From positions 806,001 to 870,000 of the forward strand of contig OZ287073.1 of the NCBI GenBank assembly GCA_965645245.1: 64,000 bases of DNA. Reading direction: 5' to 3'. How positions within the stretch are numbered: the stretch's first letter is position 1; every line of letters begins with the position of its first letter. Origin of the DNA: Massalongia carnosa. Taxonomy: Eukaryota. Both the position numbers and the translations under genes were made by a program. This document shows, piece by piece, positions 62,747 to 64,000 of the stretch. Under the pieces are notes generated by a model. The model saw only the letters and a list, made by a program, of their open reading frames with translations, was not told the origin of the DNA and did not search any database.

Positions 62747-64000
62747 TGTAGGCGGAGAAAGTCTATTGCGTCTTTTATGGAAAATATTCAATAAATCTGG
62801 CGGTACTGGGAGTCTGGCGTTTTTTTTTCAGATCGGCTGATGGTGACTGTTTGCAACTGGAAATGGGGGAGAGCAGGAGAAAGGAGGAGGAAAGCCTACG
62901 AATAAGTGGGAACGAGGGGGAGAGTGGCAGTTATGAGGACTTTGAAAAGTTTAGAAAGCTTTGGAATATTCTGGGGGGGGGGGGGGGGGGGTTGTGCATG
63001 GGTTAGATCGATCACTATTGACAGCTAGTTACAAAAGTCGCTCAAGAAAAACCTCACGATAGGGATTCTCCCGAAAACCCCAAGCGAGGCAGATTGCCTT
63101 TCTCCTCATTTCTTTCTCTCTCCCATATTTTCACCCTCAATCCTCCTTAAATACACCACCACAACATCGTCATATCACCTCACAATACAATCTCCCTTCC
63201 CTCCCCCTCAAAATAAAATAAAATAAACAAGTTACCATGTCAATCTTCATACACATATATATCCATAAATACCTCTCTCTCAACAAACCAACCAACCAAA
63301 AATCTTTAAGAACACCCCCTCCCTTTCTCAAAAAAAAAAACAACACACAAGAAAAAGAAGAGAGGTGTCAAAATATGATATAGAAAATAATCAAAACCGA
63401 AAATTTCGCATTGGGGTATGGTATAGTATACCGGTAGTAAAGATGTAAAATGAAAATTAAAGGCAAATAGAAATGGGAAGAAAAGACGAGGGAGGGAGAA
63501 AAAGGGAGAGAGGTAAGGTTTTGAGGGGAGGGGAGGGTTTGGTTTCCCGGGGTTGGAGTAGAGTAGGGTAGGATAGGATAGATGGGGTAAACGAAAGGAG
63601 TTAAGACTTTGGAAACCAGCGGTTACGAGTCTCCCCACTTTTTGTTATTGTCTTTATCTCTTTTACTTCTCTCCTATTCATTCTCTCTCTCCTTTTCATG
63701 GTGGAGGAGAATTTTGTAGTCTGTAGTCTCTAGTGCGAAAGGATTATCATACTGGTTTTGGGGGAGGAGTAGGGGAAGGGGAGGGGAGGTAGGAGGTAAG
63801 TCAAACAACGAAATAGTTAATCTGCCTTTCTAGGTGTCCATCTAACCGTCCATTTTTTCTACATCTAGCGGCGCGGGAAACGTAACGATGGCGTATGTAA
63901 ATTCTTGTTCGTTGGATTCATAATAGGTAAAGGTAAGGTACATAGAACCCGCTTGCTTTGGGTTTTTGCGGTTTTGGATATGGAATAAGAAAAAAAGGCA

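Noticed and set aside
1..64000. tRNA/rRNA genes or a Starship-type tyrosine recombinase
   Set aside because: None was recognised by eye; tRNAscan-SE and HMM searches would be needed to exclude them formally.

Overview
Eukaryotic, intron-containing DNA from a filamentous ascomycete (Pezizomycotina-type GT..CTRAC..YAG introns and gene set; finer taxonomy cannot be established from the sequence alone). About 20 host genes are supported, including a GH17 glucanase, a UBE2S-like E2, SUMO (SMT3), NUP84, a PMC1-type Ca2+-ATPase, a BVMO, a JmjC protein, a CIA30-like protein, an MFS permease, hmgA, mitochondrial ProRS, NDUFB11, and two small secreted Cys-rich proteins. A nested transposon graveyard occupies ~11.0-17.4 kb, and further TEs are scattered through the window. 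Two observations stand out. (1) A family of Tc1/IS630-like DDE elements and a MITE with CACGC...GCGTG termini are flanked by 5-bp direct repeats instead of the canonical TA. (2) A 585-bp non-autonomous retroelement (12-bp TSD, A-rich tail) begins exactly at an HDV-like self-cleaving ribozyme fold. Gene models and folds were worked out by hand; no database searches were run.
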